Assembly (NCBI RefSeq): GCF_006345805.1
Contig: NC_042998.1
Coordinates: 48,360,001-48,424,000 of the forward strand
Length of the DNA stretch: 64,000 nucleotides
Origin: Octopus sinensis
Taxonomy: Eukaryota
Direction of reading: 5' to 3'
The notes beneath the pieces are model-generated. The model did not search any database, was not told where the DNA came from, and saw only the letters and a list, made by a program, of their open reading frames with translations. The translations under genes and the position numbers were made by a program. Shown here in pieces: positions 11,728 to 24,493 of the stretch. How positions within the stretch are numbered: position 1 is the stretch's first letter; each line of letters starts with the position of its first letter.

Positions 11728-12319
11728 GTAATAATGGTCGTAGAGGTGGAGACGGCGGCGGTTGTGGTTGTGGTGGTGGTGGCGATGGTAGTAGTAGTAG
11801 CTACCACTACTACCATTGCCACCACCACCAGTTGCTGTTGCCGATAGCATCAGGTATAGTGCAGAGGTGGACGATGCTAGCTGTTTATAATCTGCTACTA
11901 ATGTAAATAAATTTGAAGCAACATTAACTTTTTCTTTCATACCGGAATTTATATGTACCGACCAAACCTCGTTCTGCTTCTAAACACCAAATCGTGTGTA
12001 AGTATGAGCTACAGCTGTCGTATAAGAAGTAATAAACTATCCAATGTCCAAACAGGCCATTAACCCTTGTTGTCACGAAACAATATACAAGCTTTCTGCC
12101 CCGATCACGATTGGAATATTGCTATCCTATAATGATGAAAAAGTTGCACTCTGCATGAACTTCTGATATCGTATATTAAGAAATAAATTGTTTCACTCGA
12201 GAATGGACAACTATTGTTACACATGAAGCAATATACCACCCTCCATTCCACCCGAACATATTCTATTGCTCCGTTCATTAAATCAATTCCTACACGTACA
12301 TATATACGTACGGATACGT

Positions 12320-12351
<32 letters not shown>

Positions 12352-12596
12352 CACACACACACACACACACACGCACACACAAACATCTATCATATATATA
12401 TATGCATATTATGCATAACACATACAAGTATCTGTCTATTTATCTATCGATCTATCGATCTATCAATCTATCTATATTTCTCTCTCTCTCTCTATATATA
12501 TATATAAATATATATATATATTTAATGTGTGTGTGTGCATGTATGTATGTATAATATTTATTATATTATATATATGTATACAGAGTGAGAGTGAAA

Positions 12597-12638
<42 letters not shown>

Positions 12639-13456
12639 GTATAGACGGGGAGCGAGATAAAGAGATTTTCTCTAGCTGTATAAACAAAATGAATGGGAGA
12701 GAATGTGTAGTTTTAACCCCATAACCTCATCGAAGCTGAATGAGATTCAAATAGATGGAAGTCGCAAAACTTCTGAGCCAATGCAATACAAAAACTATGA
12801 GATATGAATCACTATTTCAACCTCCATTACTAATTCTGTTAAGTATATTTAGAAGGCTATCTATCCATATGACAGATCAGTCATTCATCGAATCTTAGCT
12901 CGCTTCTGTTTTTGCCACTGTTTCTTCATTGGACAGCAAATTTAGAGGTTATTAGTGATAAAGTTGTAACGTTCACATCAGCTAACTTATAATCTGCTCC
13001 TACAATATTAACCCTTTCATTACAGTATTTATTTTGAGATGCTCCGTATTACTTTCAATTAATTTTAAATATAACCAAGAATTTAGTAAAATAACCTGGT
13101 TATCATGAAGCTAGTGTTAGGAACATAAATTGTGACTAAGGTTTGGTGAAAGATTTTAATTCAAAAACTTATGAAAACAAGACATTTGTACCACAGAGCC
13201 AGAGGTGGTATCGAAAGGGTTAACCAAGCGATGCTGCAAGTCTAAAGCTGAGACCCCACAAGCAAGCCACCCTGAATGCATTACTAATCTCATTTATTAC
13301 GGTATCAATCGTTTTCTCTCTATCCCTCACAAAAATGTACATATATATACGCACACACTCTCGTCCACCTGCACTCTCATCTCTCCAAGCTATTACTTCT
13401 GCGTGACATTTATAAATAGTTATCGTCTTATATACGCATAGTCCTGCTGCTGCTGC

Positions 13457-13501
<45 letters not shown>

Positions 13502-13817
13502 CTCTGCCCACTATGCTACTTATGTTTTGGTATAGCCCGGCCAGTTGATGACTCCCTTGACCCTCTACAAAATTCTAATGTATTATGCAACTTCTACCTA
13601 TCCATGTAGTATATTTGTATGGTTGGTATATTTGTAATCAAATCAGTTACGATGTATAATTATGAAAAAGAGCGCGCTTGTGTGTGTGTGTAATTATGAA
13701 AAAGAGCATCGAGTTTCGATCAATGAATTTCTAGGTTATGGACCCAACACGTTTCCATTACCTCATTTCGCTCAACGCGTGGTTATGCAAATATATAGTC
13801 TGTTCCAAGTTATATTA

Positions 13818-14278
13818 TTTCTTATTTCTTTATTGCTCACAAAGGGCCAAACATAGAGGGGACAAACAAGGACAGACAAGACAAACGGATTAAGTCAATT
13901 ACATCGACCCCAGTGCGTAACTGGTACTTAATTTATCGACCCCGAAAGGATGAAGGACAAAGTCGACCTCGGCGGAATTTGAACTCAGAACGTAACGGCA
14001 GACAAAATACCGCAAAGCATTTCGCCCGGTGTGCTAAAGTTTCTTATTTCTTTATTGCCCACAAGGGGCCAAACATAGAGGAGAGAAACAAGGACAGACA
14101 AAGAGATTAAGTCGATTACATCGACCCCAGTGAGTATCTGGTACTTAATTTATCGACCCCAAAAGGATGAAAGGCAAAGTCGACCTCGGCGGAATTTGAA
14201 CTCAGAACATAACGGCAGACGAAATACTGCTAAGCATTTCGCCCGGCGCGCTAACATTTCTAGCAGCTCGCCGCCTTT
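13818..14278 (-). mobile_element. Dimer of the abundant GGCGGCGAGCTGGCAGAA-headed SINE
   Basis: Two bodies with the core gtcgactttgcctttcatcctttcggggtcgat. Junction at about 14044. Confidence 0.9.
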
Positions 14279-14418
14279 TCCGAGTTATATTATTTCTATT
14301 ACATCATCCATCGTATGTTAAATATTTCTTACTCATTTCTATGCATTGTACTGTAAAATGTGTGAAATATAATGCCTACACAATACATGTTTCAGCACTG
14401 TTATGTTAATTTATTTAC

Positions 14419-14705
14419 TGAAAGGCAACATCTCCCTCTGTTGATACTCCGAAAGTTACATTTGACAAATCACAATCATAGACTTCTGTGTTGCAAATGT
14501 CTGTGGACGTCTCTTTATTTGCCGTTTCCAGATTACTCAGAAGCAAATCAATTCTTTAAATGCTTCCTCAGTGCAGCATAGCAATCGAGCTTGCTTGTAA
14601 ATGAATTAACCGAATATATTGAACGGAATAGTGTGGGTTGTAGTAAAACAAAACACTCATCTTTCATTCTTTTCCTCTTGCAAATATTTCTTAAATTGCG
14701 TCTAA
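14419..14705 (-). CDS. Candidate exon with one frameshift
   Basis: Two long open segments, RRNLRNICKRKRMKDECFVLLQPTLFRS...RKHLK and IDLLLSNLETANKETSTDICNTEVYDCDLSNVTFGVSTEGDVAF, end at |gtaaat. The acceptor is poorly defined. Confidence 0.3.
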
Positions 14706-15301
14706 TTATTTCTGGTTATTTTAAACGCCGCGTGGTGGCAGAGTCGTTAGCACGCCGGACAAAAAGCTTAGCGGCATTTCATCCATCTTTATGTTTTGAG
14801 TTCAAATTTCGCTGAGGTTGACTTTGCTTTTCATCCCTTACAGGATCGATGAAATAAGTACCGGTCAAGCACTTCGGTCGATAGAATCAACTAGGATTAT
14901 TCCCCCAAAATTTCAAGCTTTGTGCCTATTATATCTGGAGACTATGAAGGCAGCAAGGTGGCAGAATCGTTAGAACACCGGACAAAAGCTTAGCGGCAAT
15001 TCTTTCTAGTTTTACACTCTGAGTTTCAATTCCGCCGAAGTCGATTTTACCTTTGATTTTTTTTTTCAGGGTCGATGAAATAAGTATCAGTCACGCACTG
15101 GGGGTCGATTACATCGACCCTCTCACACAAAATTTTAGGCTTTGTGCCTAAACATGAAAATCTATTATTCCTGCTTCTTGTAATACTGTGTGTGTTTTTA
15201 TTCTATTTTTTTTTCTTCTGTTTTTGATTCTTTTAAAATTATTATTTGCCATAAACGATTCTACTGTATTTAACTTCTTAGCAGATATACGTTTGAGTTA
15301 C

Positions 15302-15475
15302 CTGACTATAAATGTAATTTCTAATTTAGATAATTTCTCTGTAAACATTTCGACGGTGCTTGCAATTTCCATTAATGATATACCCATTAATGACTGGAAT
15401 AAACAGCTTTATGAATATCTCAATGAGACCAGTGGGATCCGGCAAATACGGGTGAAATTGAATTCATCTTTGACA
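15302..15475 (-). CDS. Candidate stalk exon with in-frame TAA (15409-15411)
   Basis: tttgtttacag|T...GTCAG|gtaact. The frame VKDEFNFT...*SCLFQSLMGISLMEIASTVEMFTEKLSKLEITFIV looks like a helical stalk. Confidence 0.35.
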
Positions 15476-15787
15476 CTGTAAACAAACGAACCATTTTGTA
15501 GCCTTCAGAGGAAGTTATTTATTTAATCATTTATTTATTTATTTATTTTATATTGCAACTGGTGAACAATAGCATCGTTAGTTATAGTCACCGGTTCACG
15601 TCATTTCTGATAGCTAAAGTGACAAAATTGTGTCTTAACTTGAGGCAAAACAAATATCCCAAGGTACTTTTTCGTAAATGCAACAGCTTTCGGTGTTCTC
15701 GTCGATTGTGATATGCTTCCTCGATATACATAGGTGAAAGCTACACACACACACACACACACACAAACACACAAACAAACACACTCA

Positions 15788-15832
<45 letters not shown>

Positions 15833-15879
15833 CATACAAATGCAGACGAGGCTGTGTGGTTAAGAAGCTCGCTTTAACA

Positions 15880-16390
15880 CGAAATCAGAGGGAACAAGCC
15901 ATCGGACGTCTCCATGCTGGTCAATGTCCATGTCTGTGGTAGATGGCAGGGCTAGGGTTTGGAAAAGAAGAGGTAAACGTTATACCGATGGCTGTGTGGT
16001 GGAGAGAGACTCATGGGGAGAACAGGGCATCGTGGTATAGGGCGGGATTGCACTCAGTCAGAGACTTGGACCGGCGGTCTGCCAAAACATTGGTCAAGGC
16101 CAGGGCAATGGAGTAACCGCTGCTCGCTACATTGACGGAGTGTTCAGCTCTCACATTGTGCAATACTTTGCCCATCATCGGAATCACGCGTTCCAACACA
16201 ACACCCGTGCCCATAATACCAGGTTGACAACAGACTTCCTCCAACAGCACAACATCCAGACACTGTCATGACGTGCTTTAAGTCCGGACTTGAAATCCAA
16301 AGAAGGCTAAATGACATCCGTCTAAGGCTGACAACTGCGGCACAACACACTGCTATCTCCATGGCCTTCATCACTCGTTTGGTGTATTCA
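15880..16390 (+). mobile_element. Fossil Tc1-like DDE transposase fragment
   Basis: Plus strand QAIGRLHAGQ...RVWKRRGKRYTDGCVVERD..GIVV*GGI...TAARYID..FQH..RAHNTRLTTDFLQQHNIQTL..ALSPDL, with stops and deletions. Confidence 0.8.
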
Positions 16391-17169
16391 ATTTACATAA
16401 GACGCCTGGCGCTTTAGGAGTGTAATTTTGCCAATAATACCTCACATGTGGTTAGACTGAACCCGCGAATAGGTGGCTGCGAAGCGAGCTTGTTAAGCAA
16501 AACAGTCATCCCTGCGCCTCTATACCCGAAACTTTGAAATGGAATGATTAATTTGAAAGCTAAGTGCCCTGGCTACCAATACAAAGCTGGGCTAGTAACA
16601 GAATACGAATCCGCAACCTTTGACCTTGTTGTCTATTATCATATCGATCATCCTTACACTTGATTGTAAATGTATCTCTTCTGTTAATCAATTATATCTA
16701 GTTCATCTGATGTTTTCTTATTATTATTTCTTCACTTTTATTAATTCTATCTCCTCCTTCTCTTTCTACCCCCTCCCTCTCTGCTATATTACTCTCTTTC
16801 TGTAGCTTTTCCCAGCATTTTCCTCACCAATCTCTCGCTATCAGTTCGTGTCTTTCTGTGGCTCTTATCAGTTCCATTGTGTTTCATTGTTTTCTCTACT
16901 ATATCTACTTAATTTTCAATGACTCTACTAATCCCTTCCCCTCCTCTCTGTCTCTGTCTGTCTCCTTCTCTCTCTCTTTCTTTCTCTCTCTCTCTCTCTT
17001 TCCCTCTTTCTATTCATATTTTGGTTAATTGTTTTACTCATACACACATACACACAAACGCCCACACTTACCCTTCCCCCAGTCTCTTTTATTCTTTGCC
17101 TTATCTGTTATACATATCTTTCAACGCTTGTCTCCACTTCGGCATCCTACCTCCCGTCCCCTCCCCTTT

Positions 17170-17360
<191 letters not shown>

Positions 17361-17399
17361 ACTGTCTTTCCTTTTCGTGACTTTTGACTAAATTTATAC

Positions 17400-17604
17400 T
17401 TTCAAAAGATTTCTACTAAAGTCATTTTTGTTTTTTTTCTTTTCTTCTGTTTTTATGAATTCAAAAGAATTAAATAAATCTATAATACTCAGATTTTCTC
17501 TTCGACAAAGTCTCCATATGTGATGGATTCACTTTTTTTTTTCTTCCCGATGTAATTACATGAACGTAATCAGAATTCCAACCGGGAGGTGAGGTGGGGT
17601 TCAA
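17400..17604 (-). CDS. Candidate exon with two apparent 1-nt deletions
   Basis: ttattttaacag|TTG in phase 0. LNPTSPPGWNSDYVHVITSGRKKK, then SESITYGDFVEEKI, then LSIIDLFNSFEFIKTEE...LLK|gtataa. The shifts fall at an A10 run and near atc/ctg. Confidence 0.35.
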
Positions 17605-17769
17605 CTGTTAAAATAAATCCATCATTAGCCGTCCAATTTATGAAAAACACAAAATTCCCATTAATTAATAATTAATAATTATAATTGCATGGAGCTGTGA
17701 TGGGGGAGATATTCGTCCTGTCGAAAACCCACCTCCGCCTACCGGTTGTGACATAGTCATTTGACTTAC

Positions 17770-17916
17770 CATGCTAATTACAAAACTAGCCACGCTATTA
17801 ATTTTGCTTAAATGCACGTAATGACTGTCTTGATCAGTATTTTCTGGTGCCAAGAAATTCAGCAAATGATCTTGGATAGCCTGAAGATTTTCACTGGCAA
17901 TATTTGGTTTTTCCAT
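17770..17916 (-). CDS. Intact exon (147 nt, phase 0-0), post-REJ stalk
   Basis: Long poly-T then cag|ATGGAA...AGCATG|gtaagt. Encodes MEKPNIASENLQAIQDHLLNFLAPENTDQDSHYVHLSKINSVASFVISM. Confidence 0.8.
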
Positions 17917-19122
17917 CTGAAAAAAAAAAAAAAAAATTCTGATTTTGATAGTTATGGCCAGTTCGACTCTTTAGAATTGACACACGCAGAGAAAGAAAAT
18001 GCTTCTACTCATGAATCAAAACTAAATCACAACCTCAATAATCCGCCAGCCGAATGATTGACTCAGTTGAATGACTAAGGTACTCAATTCTGTGAAAGAA
18101 ATTCAGGATTTTATAGTTGCATCCAATTATAATGTTTGCACAAGAAAATAAGATTTAGCTACACAATACAAACATTGTAGTATAAGCATGATTTTGTATA
18201 TCTTATAGCAGTCGTAAATTTCCTATATTAGCATATTCATGCAACTTGAGAAAGTAATGTATGTGTCATAAATATAGTACGAAGGTTCTGAAATACAGAG
18301 TTTTACACAAATAAATCATTACATGTAACAAGGATAGCAGCACTTAAATAGTTTATGATCTTGAAAATGAAGACCGAAGTCTTATCAGAACACCTATGTA
18401 AGGCCACAGAGATGTTTAACTTGTTTGACTGTCAGTGAACTGTATTTATCTTGGTTTACTTTCTCAAATATATATTAAAATAAGGGAAGATTAGTTTCCG
18501 AAACAGTGCAGTGTCTTACAATATATAATTTTGTCACTCTTTGTTCTCGATAATTACCACGTCCATATTAACTTTACGTTTCTATCTTCTGGCGGAGACA
18601 ATAAAATAACTACCAGTAATATATTGATTCGATTCGATTAAGTATATATTTGATCATGTGAAAATTATCTTACTAATAATTTCTAAGATAATATAAATCA
18701 ATATATATTATATTATTAGTAGAGTAATAAGTATACAGATATCAGAAGTCTTCAAATTTATCAACGTATCGTTTCATGTCATTCAATTTTCCTATCCAAA
18801 ATTAGAGGGTTTTTAAGTTGTATGATATTAGCTCTTGTGGCTCCTTAATTTCTACTGTTGTATTATTTTTTCATATCGTCTGGCATGTTTCCGAAGCATG
18901 TTTGTTTTATTAAAATAATGTCTTTCATTTCGTATAAGTTTACTGCTTGGTGGAAATAGAAAAAGAACTCTAGAGGATAAAGTTTTCAGGAGGGAAAACA
19001 TTTTCGAGGTAATTTTAAGAACAAAGCTTACGAAAGCAGTCATTGAACTCATAAAGAAACACCAAATGATCAAATTAATAACAACAACAAAAACGAGAAC
19101 AACAAAAGCAACAACGATAATA

Positions 19123-19191
<69 letters not shown>

Positions 19192-19193
<2 letters not shown>

Positions 19194-19589
19194 GGTTTCA
19201 AATTTTGCCCGAAGGCAGCAATTTTGAGGGGAGGGGATAAGTCGATTACATCGACTCCAATGTTTTAATGGTACTTAATTTATCGACCCCGAAAGGATGA
19301 AAGGCAAAGTCGACCTCGGTGGAATTTGAACTCAGAACGTAGCGGAAGACGAAATACCTATTTCTTTACTACCCACAAGGGGCTAAACACAGAGAGGACA
19401 AACAAGGACAGACGAAAGGATTAAGTCCATTATATCGACCCCAATGCGTAACTGGTACTTATTTAATCGACCCCGAAAGGATGAAAGGCAAAGTCGACCT
19501 CGGCGGAATTTGAACTCAGAACGTAACGGCAGACGAAATACGGCTACGCATTTCGCCCGGCGTGCTAACGTTTCTGCCAGCTCGCCGCC
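19192..19589 (-). mobile_element. SINE dimer (same family)
   Basis: One head, two bodies. Junction gaaatac|ctatttc at 19357/19358. Confidence 0.9.
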
Positions 19590-19656
19590 AATGATGATGG
19601 TGAGGATGATGATGATGATGATTATGATGATGATGATGATGATGATGATGATGGTG

Positions 19657-19714
<58 letters not shown>

Positions 19715-20086
19715 CAATAATAATAATGATATTATTATTATTATTATCATCATTATTATTGCTGTTGTTGTTATTTAAGTCAGGCAGTCTTTTTAATTAC
19801 AATGTGCTGATAGTATAGCGTTGTTAGGGGCACAGGTTGCCTATATATCACAACCTGTGCCTTTAATATATATACAGGCAAAGGAAAGCCATATAAGAAT
19901 TATTCGGCCAAAATGAAAGAAGGTACTTCCATAGTTACCTTCTCACCGCAATAACATTATCGTAGTAACATTAGCATTAATTTCCAATATTTCTCCCTTA
20001 TCTTTCTTCCATTATTATGCATAGAAACAATTAAGCATTATTATATGGGAAACGTGTGAGAATCTCATAAAAAGAATGCAACTTAC

Positions 20087-20211
20087 AGCGATTTCAAAAA
20101 CCTTAGATGCGAACGAAAAATACACATCGTATATTCTAACGGTAATTTTTGCTTTGTAGTCATTTTCTTCATCTCCCATCCCGAAGTACAAGAGGTCGGA
20201 TTCTTCATCAC
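20087..20211 (-). CDS. Intact REJ C-terminal exon (125 nt, phase 1-0)
   Basis: tttactctttttacag|GTGAT...ATCGCT|gtaagt. Encodes SDEESDLLYFGMGDEENDYKAKITVRIYDVYFSFASKVFEIA, in phase with both neighbours. Confidence 0.85.
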
Positions 20212-20248
20212 CTGTAAAAAGAGTAAAATAATAATAACAACAATGATA

Positions 20249-20829
20249 ATGGTTTCAAATTTTGCCGCAAGGGCAGCAATTTTGGGGGAGGGGATAAGTC
20301 GATTGCATCGATCCCAGTGTTCAACTGGGGTACTTATATTATCGGCCCCGAGAGGATGAAAGGCAAAGTCAACCTCGGCGGAATTTGAACTCAGAACCTA
20401 ATGGCAGATTAAATACCTATTTTTTTACTACCCACAAGGGGCTTAACACAGAGAGGACAAACAAGGACAGACAAACGGATTAAGTCCATTATATCGACCC
20501 CAGTGTGTAACTGGTACGTATTTAATCGACCCCGAAAGGATGAAAGGCAAAGTCAACCTCGGCGGAATTTGAACTCAGAACGTAGCGGCAGACGAAATAC
20601 CTATTTCTTTACTGCCTACAAGGGGCTACACACAGAGGGGACAAACAAGGTCAGACAAATGGATTAAGTCGATTACATCGACTCCAGTGCGTAACTGGTA
20701 CTTATTTAATCGACCCCGAAAGGATGAAAGGCAAAGTCGACCTCGACGGAATTTGAACTCAGAACGTAACGGCAGACGAAATACGGCTACGCATTTCGCC
20801 CGGCGTGCTAACGTTTCTGCTAGCTCGCC
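20249..20829 (-). mobile_element. SINE trimer (same family)
   Basis: One head, three bodies. Junctions at about 20416 and 20600. Confidence 0.9.
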
Positions 20830-21624
20830 TCATAATAATTATAATGATGATAATATTAATAATAACAACAATAACTTAATAATAATAACAGCAACAACTA
20901 AATAAATAAGTAACAAATGAATAAAGATCTTAATTTCATGATTCAAATATTAGAATATTAAAACAAAAAAGTAGGAAAAAATGTTGAAAAGTTTTATGAA
21001 ACTTCACAACGGAGAATTTTCATCTGAATTACATTTCCAATTTATATTTTTCAAGCATATTTTTTTATCTAACTAAGGATCCACTTAGTGGTCATTCAAC
21101 ATGTAATACCAAATTTCCTTGAAATCTTATCTCACCGCCTTAAGTAGGACAAATTAGGGATCTTTACCTTTTGACCTACAGATTAAAAAAATAATTTTTT
21201 GTAGCTAAACACTTTCAAACTTCGGTCACTGGTAGAATGTGTCATGTAAAACATGTTTTACTCTTAGCATTTTTTAGAAAAACTTATATTTATGAAGTAA
21301 TTTCACCTTAAAGATCTCATATTTCGGTAATTTCAACCAATCAACGACGTGTATTCAGCTGAATAGAATTACTGCCATTGTTTGTCAACAACAACTATCG
21401 GCGGTGTTTTTTTTTGTATGTGTGTGCGCGCGCGCGTCTTTGTGCCTGTGTGTGCCGGGATGCAATAAAGTAAGTATTGGAGTCGATTCGTTCGGCTAAA
21501 ATTCTTCAAGGCAGTGCACTAGTATGGCTGCAATATAATGACTGGAGTAAGTAAAAAAAAAATCAAAGAAAATACGTCAATGAAGTCTGTAAAAACGACG
21601 AATAAATGCGCGCGCGCACGCGTG

Positions 21625-21660
<36 letters not shown>

Positions 21661-21746
21661 AAGAGAGAGAGAGAAAGAAAGAGAGAGAGAGAAAGAAAGA
21701 GAGAGAGAGGTGTGGTAAGAGGAAGATAAACACAAGAGTAGCTTAC

Positions 21747-22079
21747 TTTTGTATGACAAGACCCATTCATGAGACCCACTTGAGAAGAGAATCATGTATT
21801 TCAACTCGGCATTCTTAACAGTCGCATTTGACGTAGATTGTCGGAAAAGACTAGAGCCATCGTCAAACCAGCGGCTGCATTTCACTTGGAACAAAGTATC
21901 TAAAGCTTGTCCTTGTAATGGTGTCAATTCACAGTCTCCGCCTTTTGGTGGAATTCCAGTTATAGCATCGTAAGTTGCGTATGCTACTTTGTCCAACCAA
22001 ACAACTCTAATCGCAATTCTGTATTTTGTTGCTGGTGCTACATGATCGGAACTGAGAGTGATGGACGACGTGAAGAGAC
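21747..22079 (-). CDS. Intact REJ-module exon (333 nt, phase 1-1)
   Basis: ttttctttttaatctag|GT...TACAAAA|gtaagc. Encodes LFTSSITLSSDHVAPATKYRIAIRVVWLDKVAYATYDAITGIPPKGGDCELTPLQGQALDTLFQVKCSRWFDDG...WVLSYK, matching the REJ PPxGGxCxxxPxxGxALxTxFxxxCxxW motif. Confidence 0.9.
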
Positions 22080-22184
22080 CTAGATTAAAAAGAAAACAAA
22101 TTAATGATATGTATACTGTTAGGTTTGTGCAAATATGGTGTCTGTATTATTTTTCTTTCATATTTTTAAAGCGTTTGTGAATTT

Positions 22185-22600
22185 ACTCTCTCTTTTTACT
22201 CTTTTACTTGTTTCAGTCATTTTGACTGCGGCCATGCTGGAGCACCGCCTTTAGTCGAGCAAATCGACCCTGGGACTTATTCTTTTGTAAGCCCAGTACT
22301 TATTCTATCGGTCTCTTTTTGCCGAACCGCTAAGTAACGGGGACATAAGCACACCAGCATCAGTTGTCAAGCAATGCTAGGGGGACAAACACAGATACAC
22401 AAACACACACAAACACATATACATATATATATATATACATATATACGACAGGCTTCTTTCAGTTTCCGTCTACCAAATCCACTCACAAGGCATTGGTCGG
22501 CCCGGGGCTATAGCAGAAGACACTTGCCCAAGATGCCACGCAGTGGGACTGAACCTGGAACCATGTGGTTGGTTAGCAAGCTACTTACCACACAGCCACT
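22185..22600 (-). mobile_element. Composite SINE, same family as 4358-4845
   Basis: Shared head (gtggctgtgtggtaag..cttgct..ccaaccacatggttccaggttcagtcccactgcg) and the same tail. Confidence 0.8.
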
Positions 22601-22617
22601 CCTGTTTACAGCAGTTA

Positions 22618-23180
22618 TACAGGGTGGCCCAAAATTTCTTTTTTGTTTAAAGGTTTAACTGTCTCTGCTTTTTTATTATTGGTTGTTTGTCAATAAACAA
22701 CGGAACCATACAGCATTTCAAAGAAAACAGCAGAATAGAAATTTGAGGGCTTGCACCATGATAGAACATATTTGAGAAGGTGATAGATTTTCTGCACCGG
22801 AGAAAAATGTGAAAAATTTTTAAAAAATAAAACAGTAGCTAGTCTGTGCCTCGTGGGGCGGTCACTCTGCAAAACTATGACTAGACACAGTTACAGATGC
22901 AGCAAAAAGAAGTGATGGTGGGGGCCACTAGATGGCTTTGGCTAAAGAGAACAGAGCTATAGTTTGCAGCTACAGGGGCGCAAGATGTGATACAATTGAC
23001 CTAACTCGGCTTGGTCAACTGGGCGAAAAGACCTGATGTTAAAAGAGACGAAATCCCCGAAGACTCCAAAAACATCACTGATGATGCATTGAAAAAAGCA
23101 TCTGTTAGGTCTATCTTAGCAGAGAAATAACCTAGTCATTATCATTTTTAACCACGAGTGAATTTTGAGTCACCCTACAT
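22618..23180. mobile_element. Tc1/mariner-type non-autonomous element
   Basis: Starts TATACAGGGTGGCCC and ends GTCACCCTACATA. The internal part resembles about 31330-31480. Confidence 0.5.
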
Positions 23181-23574
23181 AAGGATACTTTATCTACAAA
23201 AATGACATTAAGAGGCGGAGAGTCAGAACACTGAACGAAACACCTTGCACCTCCCCTCTGTGGGTTTGGAGTTCAACTTCTACTGAAGCAAACTTCCCTT
23301 TTATTCATTTGAAATCGATGAAATAAGCAAAGGGTTCATGGATTCAGAACTAATTTTCATTCTTAAACTCGATATCGCTCTTGTCTGTGTAAAATATAAT
23401 TAGCATATATAATGAAAATTTAGGCGCACTTACGCGATGTATATAAAGTTATATATATATATAATCAAATAGGGTGATTGTAATCACCCCATGGATTTAT
23501 ATGGATAATACCATACAAAATTCTGGTGCCTTTGACTTAAGTACCATATTCATCTGAATCTCAATTTTGCTGAA

Positions 23575-23642
<68 letters not shown>

Positions 23643-23942
23643 CATGTATATAAATTAGAGAAGAACCACCATGAAGCAATTCAACAATGATATACTTAAA
23701 TCATACCATATAGGGAAAAATTAAAGATATGATAAAACATTTACCTAAAACTAAATAAAATACGAAATAATAAATAAATAGTATAAATACTATAAAGAGT
23801 TAACAGATTTTTTTAAATACGATAAGTCATGAATTTCTTTTAAAACAATATTTTTGAATTTTGTTTGATTTATATTGTAAAAATATTGATTTCTATATTG
23901 TTACTTATAAATTATAAGTTACGATACGTATATTTATTTACC

Positions 23943-24340
<398 letters not shown>

Positions 24341-24342
24341 TT

Positions 24343-24418
<76 letters not shown>

Positions 24419-24450
24419 CATCATTATCATTATTATTATTATTAATATTA

Positions 24451-24489
<39 letters not shown>

Positions 24490-24493
<4 letters not shown>

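Noticed and set aside
13913-14321. Recurring MRNWYL...RPRRNLNSERNGR ORFs (also 19444, 20687, 42350)
   Set aside because: Antisense translation of the abundant SINE.
15188-15481. 97-aa plus-strand ORF
   Set aside because: Most likely the antisense shadow of the minus-strand exon candidate. No homology recognised.
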